Below are positions 39,687-55,164 of a DNA stretch of 64,000 nucleotides, in pieces. Numbering within the stretch: the first letter of the stretch is position 1; the number at the start of each line of letters is the position of its first letter. The position numbers and the translations under genes were made by a program. This stretch comes from Octopus sinensis. Lineage: Eukaryota. Where the stretch lies: NCBI RefSeq assembly GCF_006345805.1, contig NC_043000.1, positions 29,636,001 through 29,700,000 of the forward strand. Reading direction: 5' to 3'. The notes under the pieces were generated by a model. The model worked only from the letters and a program-made list of their open reading frames with translations, did not search any database and was not told the origin of the DNA.

Positions 39687-40019
39687 TAATATATATATAT
39701 ATATATGTATGTAATATATGTACATTTCTGACATCTGCCTACACAGAGGGCCAGGTAAACAGCATGACGCATATTGCTGTCGCTAATTCTTCTCTTTCAC
39801 ACCCTCCACACCCTCCGCCCCTCCCTGCTTCCGCCACCTCAAACTAACCAATATAAACATGATGTTAATATATTCAATTATAGCAATACTGACTGTAGAG
39901 ATCCATGTGATCCAAACTCCGCACATCTATGATCACATGCCACAAGCCAGCGGAGATCGTGACAGCACATAAAATTGTAAAGTCTTTGATCTCTCTCTCC
40001 CTCTCACTCAATCAATAAG

Positions 40020-40099
40020 TCACCAACCGCTCATCATTAGCATAATAATGATGATGATGACGATTATAATAATATTAATGATATTAATAATAATAATGC

Positions 40100-40130
<31 letters not shown>

Positions 40131-40143
40131 AATAATGATGATG

Positions 40144-40198
<55 letters not shown>

Positions 40199-40790
40199 TA
40201 ATAATGATAATGATAATAATGATAATAATAATAATGATAATGATAATAATAATAATTCTATACCTCCACCTCATCATTCATCATCATCACAATTGTCATT
40301 GACATCTTCATCATTATCATCACCAGCGTCATCGTCATCATCGTCACCACCACCACCATCGCTACTATCATCATCATCGTCATCGTTATCAACATTATCG
40401 TCATCGTCGTCATCATCATATTCATCGTCATTGTCATCGTTATCATCATCAGCGACATCGTTATCGTCAGCGCCACCACCACCGAAACCACCACCACCAC
40501 CACCACCACCACCACCACTACCATCACTACCATCATCATCATCATCATCAACATTGTCATCGTCGTCGACATCATCATCATTATCACCGACGTCATCAAT
40601 ATTATCACCCTCACCCACACCACTGTCACTGTCATTAGATTATCATCAACGCCATTACCACCTCCCACCACGATCGTCTTCGTCATGGTCATAATCATCG
40701 TCACCCTCCCCTCCTCTTCCACCTCCCCTTCCTCCTCCTCCTCCTCAACATCATTCATTCCTTAATCCATCAAATTCTTCCACCACCACC

Positions 40791-40853
<63 letters not shown>

Positions 40854-40860
40854 TACTACC
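40020..40860. repeat. ~840-bp compound trinucleotide microsatellite (AAT/GAT, then CAT/CAC/CGT, CCT, TAC)
   Basis: Direct reading; source of the poly-I, poly-D and poly-S/P ORFs. Confidence 0.95.
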
Positions 40861-41177
40861 ACCAGTCAGCGTTTTTCAGTGACAGTCATATGACAAGCTG
40901 ATTATACGCTTCTGCTGTAATTTATGCATAATTATTTTTCCAATTCTCGTGAATGTCCGCGTTCAATGATCGTGTATGAAGTTTCGATCTATGGCAATGG
41001 AAATCAACCAAACGATCGAACAATCCCTCCGACCAACACCCACCATCGAACTTTGCTTCCTCTACCAGGAAAATATAATCCTCCAAACCCCGCGGTTTTT
41101 GTTTTCCATATCATTTAGTAAGAAAGCCTTCTCTCTCTCTCTCTCTCTCTCTCTCTTACTCTCTCTCTCTCTCTCTC

Positions 41178-41227
<50 letters not shown>

Positions 41228-41244
41228 GTCTGTCTGCCTGGCTG

Positions 41245-41545
41245 TCTCCCGTTTTCTGTCTGTTTGTCTGTATGTTTCCCGTTCTCTGTATGTCTGTCTG
41301 TCTACTGTTTTCTGTATGTTTGTTTGTCTATCTCCCGTTCTCTGTCTGCCTGTTTGTCTGCCTGTCTGTCTCCCGTTTTCTGTCTGTTTGTCTGTGTGTC
41401 TGTCTGTCTCCCGTTCTCTCTCTGTCTGTCTGTCTGTTTACCGTTCTATGCCTGTTTGTCTGTCTACCCTTCTGTCTGTTTGTCTGTCTGTCTACCGTTC
41501 TCTGTCTGTTTGTCTGTCTGTCTCCCAATTTCTGTCTGTCTATCT
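41245..41545. repeat. Cryptic ~28-32-bp minisatellite built on (TCTG)n
   Basis: About 10 units anchored by CT(C/A)CCGTT(T/C)TCTG and separated by TCTG/TTTG runs. Confidence 0.7.
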
Positions 41546-41744
41546 GCCTCTCTCTCTCACAAACACACTAACCTATATATACATATATACACTTACATAG
41601 ACTGGAAGATAGCGAATGCACCAAATTAACAACCACACAGCACAAATCAAAAATAGAAAACTTACACACACACATACCCACACACACACACACGCACAGA
41701 CAACCACACACACACGTACACACACTCACACATACACACATATA

Positions 41745-42060
41745 AATGTACCGGACTTAAAAAGAAGATAAGCCTTCAGGTCGATTAGTTCGACTAAAAT
41801 TCCTGGAGGCGGTGCCCCAGCATGGCCGAAGTATAACGTCTGAAACAAGTACAAGATAAAAGATACAATATATATGTGTGTGTGTGTGTGTTTCTCTGTG
41901 TGGGTGTGCAGACGTGGCCATGTGGCTTTCCAACCGCATGGTTCCGGGTTTGGTCCCATTGAGCGGCACTTTGAGTAGGTGTGTTCTACGATAACCTCGG
42001 GCCAACCAAATTCCTCTTAGTGGAATTGGTACACGGAAACTGCTGAAAGAAGCACGTCGT
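41745..42060 (-). mobile_element. SINE family B, rearranged or diverged
   Basis: Tail block on plus (41770-41850) and head/body on minus (41915-42060) around (TG)n. Confidence 0.65.
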
Positions 42061-42134
42061 ATGTATGTATGTATGTTGTATGTATGTATGTATGTATGTA
42101 TGTATGTATGTATGTATGTATGTATATGTATGCG

Positions 42135-42167
<33 letters not shown>

Positions 42168-42364
42168 TATATTATATATATATATACGAGCAAAACGCCT
42201 CCCGTCAATGGACGGTGCTGAGTTGTCAAACATTTAAACCAAATTTTCTCAAAACACTTGTCAGACCGTCCCTTTGAGAAACACTGATTTAACCTAAATT
42301 TGAGACACCAGCAAAAGGAGAAATAAGGATAGACTTTTTTTCTATTCCAAAGAAAAAATCTCAC

Positions 42365-42570
42365 TCTTTCTTCTTGTTTGTCTTGTATGTGTATTTCAAA
42401 GGGCCAGCCTTGTCACACTCTGTGTCACGCTGAATCTCCCCGAGAACTACGTTAACGGTACAAGTGCCTGTGGAGTGCTCAGCCACTTGCACGTTAATTT
42501 CACGAGCAAGCTGTTCCGTTGATCGGATCAAATGGAACCCTCGTCGTCGTAACCGACGGAGTGCCACAAG
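42365..42570 (+). mobile_element. SINE family C, 3' part
   Basis: TATTTCAAAGGGCCAGCCTTGTCACACTCTGTGTCACGCTGAATCTCCCCGAGAACTAC...GTCGTAACCGACGGAGTGCCAC. Confidence 0.8.
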
Positions 42571-43014
42571 CTCATTAGAGAAAATAATTATTGCCTGAGT
42601 GTATCGAGAATATAAAACGACTGCAGGTGAAAGATATATTATAAATTTGGTAATAAAAGAATTAATAGACTAAAAGCTAATACTACAATTAACCCTCATT
42701 TTTGACGGCACGGTGTCAGCTAGTATATAATATAGGAATGACACTACGTTCTAGAACGGTGCAATATGTTAAAGACCCATAGGCATGCTAAACACGACAG
42801 ATTTAGGACAGATGAAATAGGTAAAAAATATAAGCTCAGCTCGAGCTTTCACATAGTTTCCATTTCATAAATCTTACTATATGGTATTAGTCTACTTGAG
42901 GATATCGGACAGGACATTTCTTCAGGGTGCCACGCATGATGATCGAACCTGCAACTACGTGTTTGAGAAGGGAACTACTTGTATACCATTCAGTCATCTC
43001 TGCACGACATCTTT

Positions 43015-43195
43015 ATCTTTCACCTTTTACTTGTTTCGGCCAAGCTGGGGCAACGCCTTGGAGAATTTTAGACGAACGAATTAACTCTCGTACATATTTT
43101 GAAGCCTGACATTCGTTTTATCCGTTTCTTTTGCAGAACAGCTAAATTTCGGGAAAGTAAACAAGCCAGCATCGGTTGTCGAGCTGTAGTAGACA

Positions 43196-43278
<83 letters not shown>

Positions 43279-43450
43279 ACACATACATATACACACATCC
43301 ATACTTACGATAGGCTTCTTTCAGTTACCGTCTACCAAATCCACTCACAAGTCTTTGGTCGGCCCGAGGCTATAGTAGAAGACACTTGCCCAAGGTGCCA
43401 CGCAGTGGGACTGAAGCCGGCACCTTGTGGTTAGGAAGCAAGCGGTTTAC
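43015..43450 (-). mobile_element. SINE family B with internal (CA)n
   Basis: Reverse complement of the family B consensus. Confidence 0.85.
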
Positions 43451-43484
43451 AACGCAGTCACGCCTGCGTCAATATAGATACATA

Positions 43485-43700
43485 GGGCGGCGAGCTGGCA
43501 GAATCGTTAGCACGCCGGGAGAAATGCTTAACGATATTTCGTCTGCCGCTACGTTCTGAGTTCAAATTCCGCCGAGGTTGATTTTGCTTTCATCCTTTCG
43601 GGGTTGATTAAATAAGTACTAGTTACACACTGGGGTCAATGTAGTCGACTTAAGCCTTGTGTCTGTCCCCTCTATGTTTAGCCCCCTGTGGGCAATAAAG
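43485..43700 (+). mobile_element. SINE family A monomer
   Basis: GGGCGGCGAGCTGGCAGAATCGTTAGCACGCCGGG...GTTTAGCCCCCTGTGGGCAATAAAGAA. Confidence 0.9.
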
Positions 43701-44582
43701 AAGTATATATAGGTACATATGTTAGAACTTGTATTTGTGTTTTATAATAAATCAATATGGTGAATATATTTTGTATATCTGTCACAATATGGCGGTTGCT
43801 TAATATTGAAGCGTTGAATATTCTATTGTATATATGTAAATGATATTCATATAAACATGGAACGACTAGCATTAATCTTGAATTCTATCAGTTTCTTATG
43901 CATGAAAATAGAAGTAACTTGTAATGCAAACAAGAGAAAAACAAATAAATATTTTTTTCATTAGTCAATAGGCTTAGGCGTGGCTCTTTTGTAGGAAGCT
44001 TTCCAACAACATGATGGAACCGTGTTCAGTTCCAATGCGTCGCACATTGGGTGTCTTCTGCTACAGCTTCGCCCCGACCAAAGCCTTGTGACTGGCTTTG
44101 CTGTCTGGAACCCGAAAGAATCCTGTCATCGGTGCAATTACTACAATTAACCCTCATTTTTGACGGCACGGGGTTAGCTAGTATATAACGTATGAAGGAC
44201 ACTGCGTTCTAGAACGGTGCAATATGTTGAACATCAATAGGCATGCTAACCACGCACAGATGAAATAGGTAATTACACACGTGTTGTTGACGATTTCTTT
44301 TCCTTCTTGGGATTTTTCCCTTGCTCCTTTCCGACGAATAGCTTTGTACGATACGTCAACTTCTCTCTCTTTACTACCAAGGGTCAAGCTAATACGCTTT
44401 TGGTGCACTTCTTACAGGTGGTGCCCCAGCATGGCCGCAGTCTAATGAGTGAAACCAATGAAAGTAAAAGTAATAAGTAGCCAACAAGGCAGAACGTGAC
44501 CGCTCGCAATGCTAGAAATATCAACTAAATATATCTCAAACCTCACGCTGTTATGTTAAAAGTTGAATAACCTTGACTAAGT

Positions 44583-45265
<683 letters not shown>

Positions 45266-45499
45266 ATATACGTAATTCCTCAGAACTGTATTGACTAAGC
45301 TTGTTCTGGATATAATATCTCTGAAAGGAGAGAAGATATAGTCATCAATGGACTGCCACTGACCACAGATTTATCCGATCGGGTTTATCTGGAATTAGAT
45401 ATATGGAAGCCCATACAACCACAAATATATACAACCACGGGCAGCCTTCGAATCTTTCCTGTCCGAAAAGATTTATGACCCAGTATTTACAATCCTTCT

Positions 45500-46090
45500 G
45501 TTAGCAGGCCGGATAAAATGCTTATCGGTATTTCTCCCGTCGCTGCGTTTTGAGTTCAAATTCCGTCGAGGTCGACTTTACCTTTCATCATTTCGGGGTC
45601 GATAAATTAAGTATAAGTTACGCACTGGGGTCGATGTAATCGATTGTCTCCCATCCCCCAAATTTTAGGCCTTGCGCCTAAAGTAGAAAGAATTATTTAT
45701 ATCTTCATCCAAGTCAGCGAGCTGGCAGAATCGTTAGCACTCTGGACGGAATGCTTCGCAATATTTCGCCTGTCGCTACATTCTGAGTTCAAATTTCGTC
45801 CAGGTCGACTTTACTTTTCATCCTTTTGGGGTCGATGTAATCGACTTAATCCCTTTGTCTCTCCTTGTTTGTTCCCCGCTATGTTTAGCCCCATGTTGGC
45901 AATAAAGAAATAAGAAACATTAGCACGCCGGACGAAACGCTTAGCGGTATTCCGTCTGTCTTTGCGTTCTGAGTTCAAAGTTCGACGAGGTCGACTTTAC
46001 CTTTCATCCTTTCGGGGTCGATAAATTTAGTACCAGTGACACACTGGGGTCGTTGTACTCGACTTAATCTTTTCCCCCAAGCTGCCCTTG
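45500..46090 (+). mobile_element. SINE family A, array of three units
   Basis: Units start near 45505, 45712 and 45910. Confidence 0.88.
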
Positions 46091-46959
46091 TGGAAATTAT
46101 TTACAGCTTTATTCTAAAAACTAATTAACTATATTTATATTATTTGTTATTGACGTAGGATATCTAATGATATAAGCTGACATCTAGAGATAAAAAGAAG
46201 AGATGTTCATGGATGGAATGCTTCTATTCATTGTACAGTTTGAGCAAGCTTAATGTGTGACTACGACAACATTGATTTGACTAATGATTGAATCATATTG
46301 ATTAAGATGAAAACTCAAACATGCAACTTGCAGAGTTACAAATTGAACCGAGCTCGTGTGTCTTCATAATTGCCTTCTCCAAGCGAAACTTCTAATTTGT
46401 AAAGGTCTCATTAATCCAGAGAAGACTAGATCTCATTAATCCACTGTAGATTAGTTTACGTACACAGATCATTTAAAATACAGATGTGAAAGAACAGTAA
46501 ATTACTTTGATCACACGGCATAGGCACCAAACATTGTCAGGAGTCTGTATCTTGCGGATAGTAATTGAGTTTAAAATTCTTGTACGAATTGCTATGTGTT
46601 AATTAGATGTGGATTAAGTGAAGTAATCATCTGGAAGATTTCAGAATTTATGGAAACAATTAATTCGTTACAATGAAACGGAGACGATGCTTCTTCTTAT
46701 ATCGATGTTAACACTGCATAGAGTAGAGTTTTCTGTACTTTTAGGCGTCTAAAAATAGACAATTTCCTCTCCAGATAAACAATCACACCAAATTGAAAAT
46801 GTATAAACATAATTAAATACACACACACACGAACACACATACATACAGACACACACACGGCCACGCACATACACACACACATGCACGCACATACGCACAC
46901 ACATACACATACATATACACACACGCACACACATATATATATATGATTTGACAAGTCTT

Positions 46960-47322
46960 ATTTCAGTCCCACTGTGTGGCACCTTGGGCAAGTGTTTTCT
47001 ACTATAGCCTCGGACCGACCAAAGCCTTGTGAGTGGATTTGGTAGACAGAAACTGAAAGAAGCCCGTTCTATATATGTATATATGTGTGTGTGTGTGTTT
47101 GTGTGTCTGTGTTTGTCTCCCCAACATCGCTTGACAACCGATGCTGGTGTGTTTACGTCCCCGTAACCTAGCGGTTCGGCAAAAGAAACCGATAGAATAA
47201 GTACTAGGCTTGCAAAGAATAAATCCTGGGGTCAATTTGCTCGACTAAAGGCGGTGCTCCAGCATAGCCACACTCAAATGACTGAAACAAGAGTAAAAGA
47301 GAGTAAAGAGAGTAAAGAGTAT
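46960..47322 (+). mobile_element. SINE family B (5'-truncated) with (GAGTAAA)n tail
   Basis: Body and tail match family B; tail AAGAGTAAAAGAGAGTAAAGAGAGTAAAGAG. Confidence 0.88.
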
Positions 47323-47339
47323 ATGTTGCTCATCTTTTA

Positions 47340-47590
47340 GGAGTTACGGTCTTTGGGGTGCGGCCATTTTGGATTCCGCATTGAAAAGCTGTTGTGGCGG
47401 ACGCCCCTAGGGGACGAAATGGGCTGGTCCACTGCGAATAAATAGTGGACTGACACAGTCAGTAGGGTCGGTCGGCGAATGTAGGCCGTTCGGTCCAGTT
47501 CCGTAGAGACGACGAAATATGTGCTCATCACGGGACATATCAGTGGCGACCAGGGTTCGGACAATATCGCCACTGGCACTTAACAAAAGC
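47340..47590 (+). mobile_element. Candidate LTR remnant with adjacent primer-binding-site-like sequence
   Basis: Local GC/CpG island; TGTTGTGGCGG start-like motif, AATAAA, then CATATCA followed by GTGGCGACCAGGG (TGGCGACC is complementary to tRNA 3' ends ending GGTCGCCA). Confidence 0.35.
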
Positions 47591-48329
47591 TTAATCGGAC
47601 AAATCGATCCATCGATACAAGAACATATCTTCTTGAAATTTCGACACCTATTCTATCCGTTTTTACTTTTGCGAAACTGCTAAATTACGAGGACGTCAGC
47701 TGATGAATACCGGCTGGCAAGTGGTGTGTGGGACAAAGATACACACGAAGACACACGCTCGACCACATACATAAACACACACGCACATGCACACTCACAG
47801 GCCCCTGTTACACTCACACACATACACACACACGCACGCACACAAACACTCACACACAAACACACACACACACACACACGACAGGCTTCTTTCAATTTCC
47901 ATCTACGAAATTCACTCACAAAGCATTAACCCGCTCAGGGACATAGTCGATGACACTTGCCCAAAGTACCGTGCATTGGGATTGAACCTGAAACCACGTG
48001 ACTTCAAAACAAGATTCTTAAATACACACCCAAGCCCACCCTTATTAATAATCTTCGCCTTAACAATTTAATACCCGGCAGAATCTATGGAAAGCAATAC
48101 AAGGCAAGTACATTCTTGTAGAAGAAAAATGTACAAAATCATGCCAAGTGTGTTGTACCTTGTTGTATATATAGACGGCGTACTGATTCTTTGTTTAATT
48201 AACTCTGATGGTCCGGGGGCAAATATGAACTTGGTGCAATTTGAAATCAGAAGGCAACGGAACGTGTTATGATTAAGAACTACCTCAGCGTGAATAGTTT
48301 ATCACACTAAAAGATCTACAATCGAACGC

Positions 48330-48406
<77 letters not shown>

Positions 48407-49174
48407 TATCTATCTATCTATCAGTTTATCTGTCTATCTCTGTGTATGTGTGTGTATAATATATGGATACACACACATACACAATTATGAATATATGAAT
48501 ATATATATATATATATATATTATATAGATATATATATATATATATATATTGGATGATAATTTCAATCATTTAGCTAGAAAGCTAGAAAGCACAGAGATAT
48601 TCTGTATATTTAAGACGAAAATAGCCGAGAGATAATGCGCAATGATAATACTCTTTCAAGAAGGTGCAAATAAACTGTCTATTTACAGGTCATGCGTACC
48701 TTTCAACAAAGCAAAACAATACTTCCAGCTGTGGCAGAAGAATACATACAGTGCGTTCGTATTTAGAAAATTGGTGGGAATAATGAAGGCGCTGGGGAGG
48801 AAGAACAACACGAATTAAAGAACAGGAATATTTATAAATGACAAATCTAGACGTATATTAACTGGGAATGTTTATGTGTGTGTGCGTGTGTACATATATA
48901 TATAATATATATATAATATATATATAATATATATAGATGTGTGTGTGTGTGGGTGTGTATGTAAATATATATTATGCATGTGCGTGTGTATGTACAATAT
49001 ATATTATGTCTGTGTGTAAAGATATATATTTATTTATAAATTTAAGTATGATTATATTTATATAGCTGTATACATCTCTGTACGTATGTATATGAATATG
49101 TGTATATGTATGTATATGTACATATATATCCTGGTATACATATATACATATACATACAGATATATGTATGTATG

Positions 49175-49221
<47 letters not shown>

Positions 49222-49871
49222 CTATATATATATCATTGTATACATATATCTAAATAGTATCTAACATATACACACATACAATATATATATATACATACGT
49301 ATATAACTTATGCATCTCTAAATGTCATGCCTGCATAATTATGCTGCCGAATGACTTGTAGCTGTAGGAAGCTTTCGTGCGATGTGAATCGATCCACCGC
49401 CCTCTATCGTTACAATTTCATCTCATTACATATTCACAGATCCTCGTATCGGCACGCATGTTATTACCATATTTACCGCCTTTAGAAAAAAGATCACCGT
49501 CTTTTATATATTCTTTGAGTACCTAAATGGATAATTGCTCTCCTACATTCTAGAATAACCACAATCCGATCTAGCAACCTATATATATATAAATAGTTAT
49601 GCTATATAAAGAATATTTTAAGGAATCTGAGAGTAAAAGTCAGCAACTCGGATATCATATCGCGATCTTTCCCCTCAATGGGTCATCATTTCGTTCTTTT
49701 GTCCATTTATACTTCTTTTGTTTTGTAGACAATTGCCAATTATATCATCTTTCGCTTTCATTTCTGTTGTCTTTCTCCTAACGTGTTTCAAATAAAACTT
49801 ATGTGCATACAAGCATCAACAACGAAAAGACACACATAAAGTCACGCTCGCACATACACACACACACACAA

Positions 49872-49930
<59 letters not shown>

Positions 49931-51293
49931 CACTCACGTGCTTTAAGAGCTGAAAGTTTTAATGTTTGGCAATAACCATTTGCTTCCATCCTCGTCTCTT
50001 CAGACGAGGCAGACCACGAAATGCTGAGACTTGTCAAAGTATTTTCAGCCTGGAATATAATTACTGGTTATTGAGAGGCATTGCATCCGGTTCCCACAAA
50101 ACACTCCGTTATTTAAATATATGAAGAGGTATTTGTACATAAAAATAATTAGGCATTTTTATTCACGCAAACATAATATGTACGTATGTATGTATGTATG
50201 TATGTACGTACATATATATGTATTCATATATGTATGTACATATGTATGTATGTATGTAAGTATATATGTATTTATGTATTTATGTATGTACGTATGTATG
50301 CATGTATGTATGTAAAACATTCAGTTTTATTTCAAGATTTCTTACCAATAAAGAACCGGTTTCTAACCTAGAGTCAAGGCCCCTTCATTGGAATTTTGAC
50401 ATCAACAACAGGGTATGCTTGTATTTATGCATGCACGTATGTATGTATGTATGTATGTATGTATGTATGTATGTATGTATGTATGTATGTGTTCATGCAT
50501 GTCTGTATGTATGTTTGTATGTATGTATGTATGTTTGTATGTATGTATGTATGTATGTGCAGATGTGCATGTTTTATGTATGTTTTTCATGCATTTAGTT
50601 ACATGTCTAGACATGCTCATATATACTTAAATGATAAACTTTTGGAAAGTTTTACAGATTTTTATAGTTCCTGTGATGGCTTGGATCTTTAGTTTTCGCA
50701 TCAGCTTTCATTTTCTGGTTTTGAGAAGCCTAATTTCTCAAGATTGGTATTTAGGTAGTGTGTTACATATCCCAGGGCCCCAATAGTTACAGGTATAAAC
50801 TTGAACTTGCAATCTGGATAGATATGTATGTATGTACGTACGTACATACGTATGTATGTATGTATGTATGTATGTATGTATGTATGTATGTATGTATGTA
50901 TGTATGTATGTATGTATGTATGTATGTGTGTACGTATGTATTTTTTATTCTTTTGTACTTTTAAATGTTTTAGTAATTTCAATGTAGCTATCCTAGAGTA
51001 CTGCCTTTTAGTTGCTGAAATCGACCTCCTTTGTCAGCCTGGTACTTATTCTATAGACCTTTTTTGTCGACGGCTAATTTACAGAGACGTAAACGCACCA
51101 ACATAGATCATCAGGTGATGGGGGAAGAGAAAAACAGACATAAAAATTCACATATATATATTAGTTCAATAAAGTTAAAACATGGTCTGGTTAAAACATG
51201 GTCAAGTTCTTTTTTTATTATTGGAGTTTAAATAATTTTTTTCAATTTTGAAGTGTTTTAAGCATTAAAAAATATTTGGTATTGTTCATAAAG

Positions 51294-51337
51294 TTCAACT
51301 AGCACTTTCATACGTTCGTAGTAATCATCAGATTTCA
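51294..51337 (-). ncRNA. Degenerate hammerhead related to the 58981 motif
   Basis: AAT-CTGATGA-TTAC(TACGAAC)GTAT-GAAA-GTGC-TA-GTT; shares TTAC...GTAT stem II with 58981; stem I only 3 bp. Confidence 0.4.
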
Positions 51338-51424
51338 AAATTTATTTAACTGACAGTTGAGTTCCTGACAACTATAATAAAATGACAGCCACTCCTGCGC
51401 CTATATATATATATATATATATAT

Positions 51425-51845
51425 AGGCGCAGGAGTGGCTGTGTGGTAAGTAGCTTGCTAACCAACCACATGGTTCTGGGTTCAGTCCCACTGCGTGGCA
51501 TCTTGGGCAAGTGTCTTCTGCTATAGCCCCGGGCCGAACAGTGCCTTGTGAGTGGATTTGGTAGACGGAAACTGAAAGAAGCCTGTCGTATATATGTATA
51601 TATATGTCTATGTATGTCTTGTGTGTGTTTGTGTGTCTGTGTTTGTCCCCCTAGCATTGCTTGACAACCGATGCTGGTGTGTTTACGTCCCCGTCTCTTA
51701 GCGGTTCGGCAAAAGGGACCGATAGAATAAGTACTGGGCTTACAAAGAATAGGTCCCGGGGTCGACTTGCTCGACTAAAGGCTGTGCTCCAGCATGGGAC
51801 GCAGTCAAATGACTGAAACAAGTAAAAGAGTAAAAGAGTAAAAGA
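51425..51845 (+). mobile_element. SINE family B, full length, low divergence
   Basis: Closest to the by-eye family consensus; (AAAGAGT)n tail. Confidence 0.92.
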
Positions 51846-52528
51846 GATATATATTCTTACATCCCCATTATAATTTTTGTCCTTTGTTCTAGCTAAACCT
51901 ACCCCGCTGTCTTTCATCCTACTATAGAATTTGGTCTGCAACAGTTAGATGCGAACTTAACCGTAGTCTGAACGGCATCTCTCCTCGTGTTTCTTGGTTC
52001 ATATACCCACATCTTTATGAGTAGATTTATCTTCTCTGGGATGTCAATAATTAATTTAAAAACTTTGTATTATTGGAAAACATATACAGTCTGCTTGGAA
52101 TATTACTTCAAATTCATGGAACTCACTCCTATAACTTCATAAGGATATTTACACTCTCTAAGATGTTTGTAAAACCTATATGAAATTTAGCTGAAGAATA
52201 CTTGGCATCATATTTGCTGTAATATTTGCAGCTTTAAATAAAATGTTTATAGTATGAAACAATTGTACTAAACTACCGATCCATTCTTGTTGCTTTCTTC
52301 TTGGTTATATATATCTATATTATATATATACACCCCCATACTGAAAGATGGAGAGAGAGAAAAAAGAGTCTCTCTATCTCTCTCTCTCTCTCTCTCTCTA
52401 TAATATATATATATATATATATATATTATACTATTATATATATATATATACATATCTATATAATATATATATACACACACACCCACACACCATATATATA
52501 TATGTGTGTTGTGTATATATATTATATA

Positions 52529-52577
<49 letters not shown>

Positions 52578-53020
52578 GTGAGAAGAGAGAGAGACTCTTT
52601 TTTCTCTCTCTCCATCTCTCTTTCCCTTTCTATCTATCTATATATACACACACCACACACCACAAGCACTCTAGATATGTTTAAATGCCTGTGTGTATGA
52701 CACGCTGGAAAGCAGTTGCTGTCGAGAATTTCTGAAGATCGCAGACCCTACAATCTACATGTGTATATATATAAATATATCTGTGTGTGAGTGTTGTGTT
52801 GATGTTTGTGTGTGTATATATAATGTATATAATTTTCATACGAAGCGTGATACAACATTCTAAGAAGAGTACAAAGACAATGAAAGCGGTAATTTTCTAG
52901 AAGATGAAAGTTAGAGAAATGGTTAAATCAAAGAAAAAAGAACCAATGAGGTGAATGAACGCAATCTGGTGTCAGTGTTGCCAACTATTATCTCCCACCG
53001 ATGCCTCTTTTTTCTCCTTC

Positions 53021-53067
<47 letters not shown>

Positions 53068-53197
53068 GTCTATCTGTCTGTCTATGTGTTTTCTCTCCTT
53101 GTCTTTCCTCTCTCTCACGTTCTCTCTCTCCACATATATATATATACATATATAATTATATATTATGTATGTATGTATGAATGTATGTATGTATGTA

Positions 53198-53238
<41 letters not shown>

Positions 53239-53258
53239 TATATTATATATATATATAG

Positions 53259-53291
<33 letters not shown>

Positions 53292-53470
53292 ATACACACC
53301 TATATACTATAGGGCCACAGGTATGGCTCTGTGGTAAAAAAAAGGTTGCTTCCTAACCACATGGAACCTTAGACAAATGTTTTATACTGGAACCCCAGGC
53401 CGATCAAAGCCTTGTGAGTGAATTTGGTAGGGAACTATCTGAAAGAAGCCCGTCCTCTCTCCCTCCCACA

Positions 53471-53539
<69 letters not shown>

Positions 53540-53907
53540 GAGAGAGCGAAAGAGAGAGAGAGAGAGACAGAGCGAAAGCATATGTGTGTGTGTGTGTGGT
53601 GTGTGTGAAATGCAGAAATGTTTACAAGCTCGTTGTTTTCTTAGCTACGAGGTCTCGGGAATCGATCGCAGTGCGTGACACAGTTGATATCCATACTATG
53701 AGGCTGAAATTAGATGGGCCCCGAGGGAAGAGCTGCCACAGTAATTGAAAGGTACAGCTTTGTCACACACACAAACACACACACATACCCACACTGTTAC
53801 ATTGAGAATAACGTTAAGGGGCCACTTATTCATACTTATAGATATACGAATGTGTATATAAGTATGTATATATATGTGCATATGTCTATATATTTATCCC
53901 CAATCAC

Positions 53908-53974
<67 letters not shown>

Positions 53975-54136
53975 ACTACCTGTATATCTCTCTTATTGTC
54001 TGGCTGTCTATCTGTCTGTCTTTCTATTAGTTTGTCTGTCTGTCTGTCAGTCTGTCAGTCCTTCCATCCTTCCGTGTGTTTGTCTATCGATCTGTCTCTC
54101 CGTCAGTCCGACCATCCGTCTGTCTGTCTGTCTCCC

Positions 54137-54201
<65 letters not shown>

Positions 54202-54235
54202 CTATCTATCTATCCATCTATCCATCAATCAATCA

Positions 54236-54333
<98 letters not shown>

Positions 54334-55164
54334 GTGCCTGTCTCTCTTTTCTCACTTTTACCGCCTTTACACACTCTCAGAACGTCACTTCCATCTCAGT
54401 CCACCGTGTATTCATGCTACTCTGAGTATTGCCCATAAAACTTAAACTTAGTTCTCTTATCTGGATATTTTCGTGTAAGAGAATAAAACTTTTCTGTAAG
54501 AGAGAAGACATTAGAAAGTGCGCGCTTGTTGATAATACAAAGACCTTAGCTAATACAGCCTTGTGCTGTATGAGCGAAAAATTCAAATATATCAATGGGA
54601 AGAATAAAAGCAGAAAAACGCAAGATGTGTAATTGCTGTACATTAAGTGAAGCCCTACGAGTATAAATATATATTGGAAAAATCCTTTTAAGTGCAAATG
54701 TGTCAAAAATATGGCAGCGTTTCATTATATAAATCAATATAATTAATGTAAAATATGTAGGTGTGAGGAGCCGTTAAAAATATCTTAAAATATTAGAAAA
54801 ATAGTGTTGGGAAGATGACGTAGATTATGCTAATATCTAGAAGAACATGCACATGGAGAATAACTTACACGAGCGTATTTATTGAGTTATATACAAACAG
54901 ATATGATATATACATGCATGAACAAAACAAACATATGTATGTATTTATGAATGCGTGTATATCATGAATATTCATAAGTTCCATTATAAATGTATTTATA
55001 CAAACACATAAAATATATGCAGATACGCAAATACGAAAATTGGTGTTTAGTGCATTTATACATCTACATATGCACTCGTGCATGTAAGCGTAACGCTTTC
55101 TCTCTCTGCATGCATCTAGATATATAAGAATACACATAATCCTGTTTGCTGTAGGCACATGGAA

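Noticed and set aside
39805-39865. GC-box (CCCTCCGCCC), CCAAT and TATAAA cluster as a Pol II promoter
   Set aside because: Short motifs with no downstream transcript evidence; the sequence runs into a microsatellite.
49993-50035. Hammerhead-like GTCTC...CAGACGA...GAAA...GAGAC
   Set aside because: U4 is altered, stem II is only 2 bp, and there is no valid stem III or NUH site.
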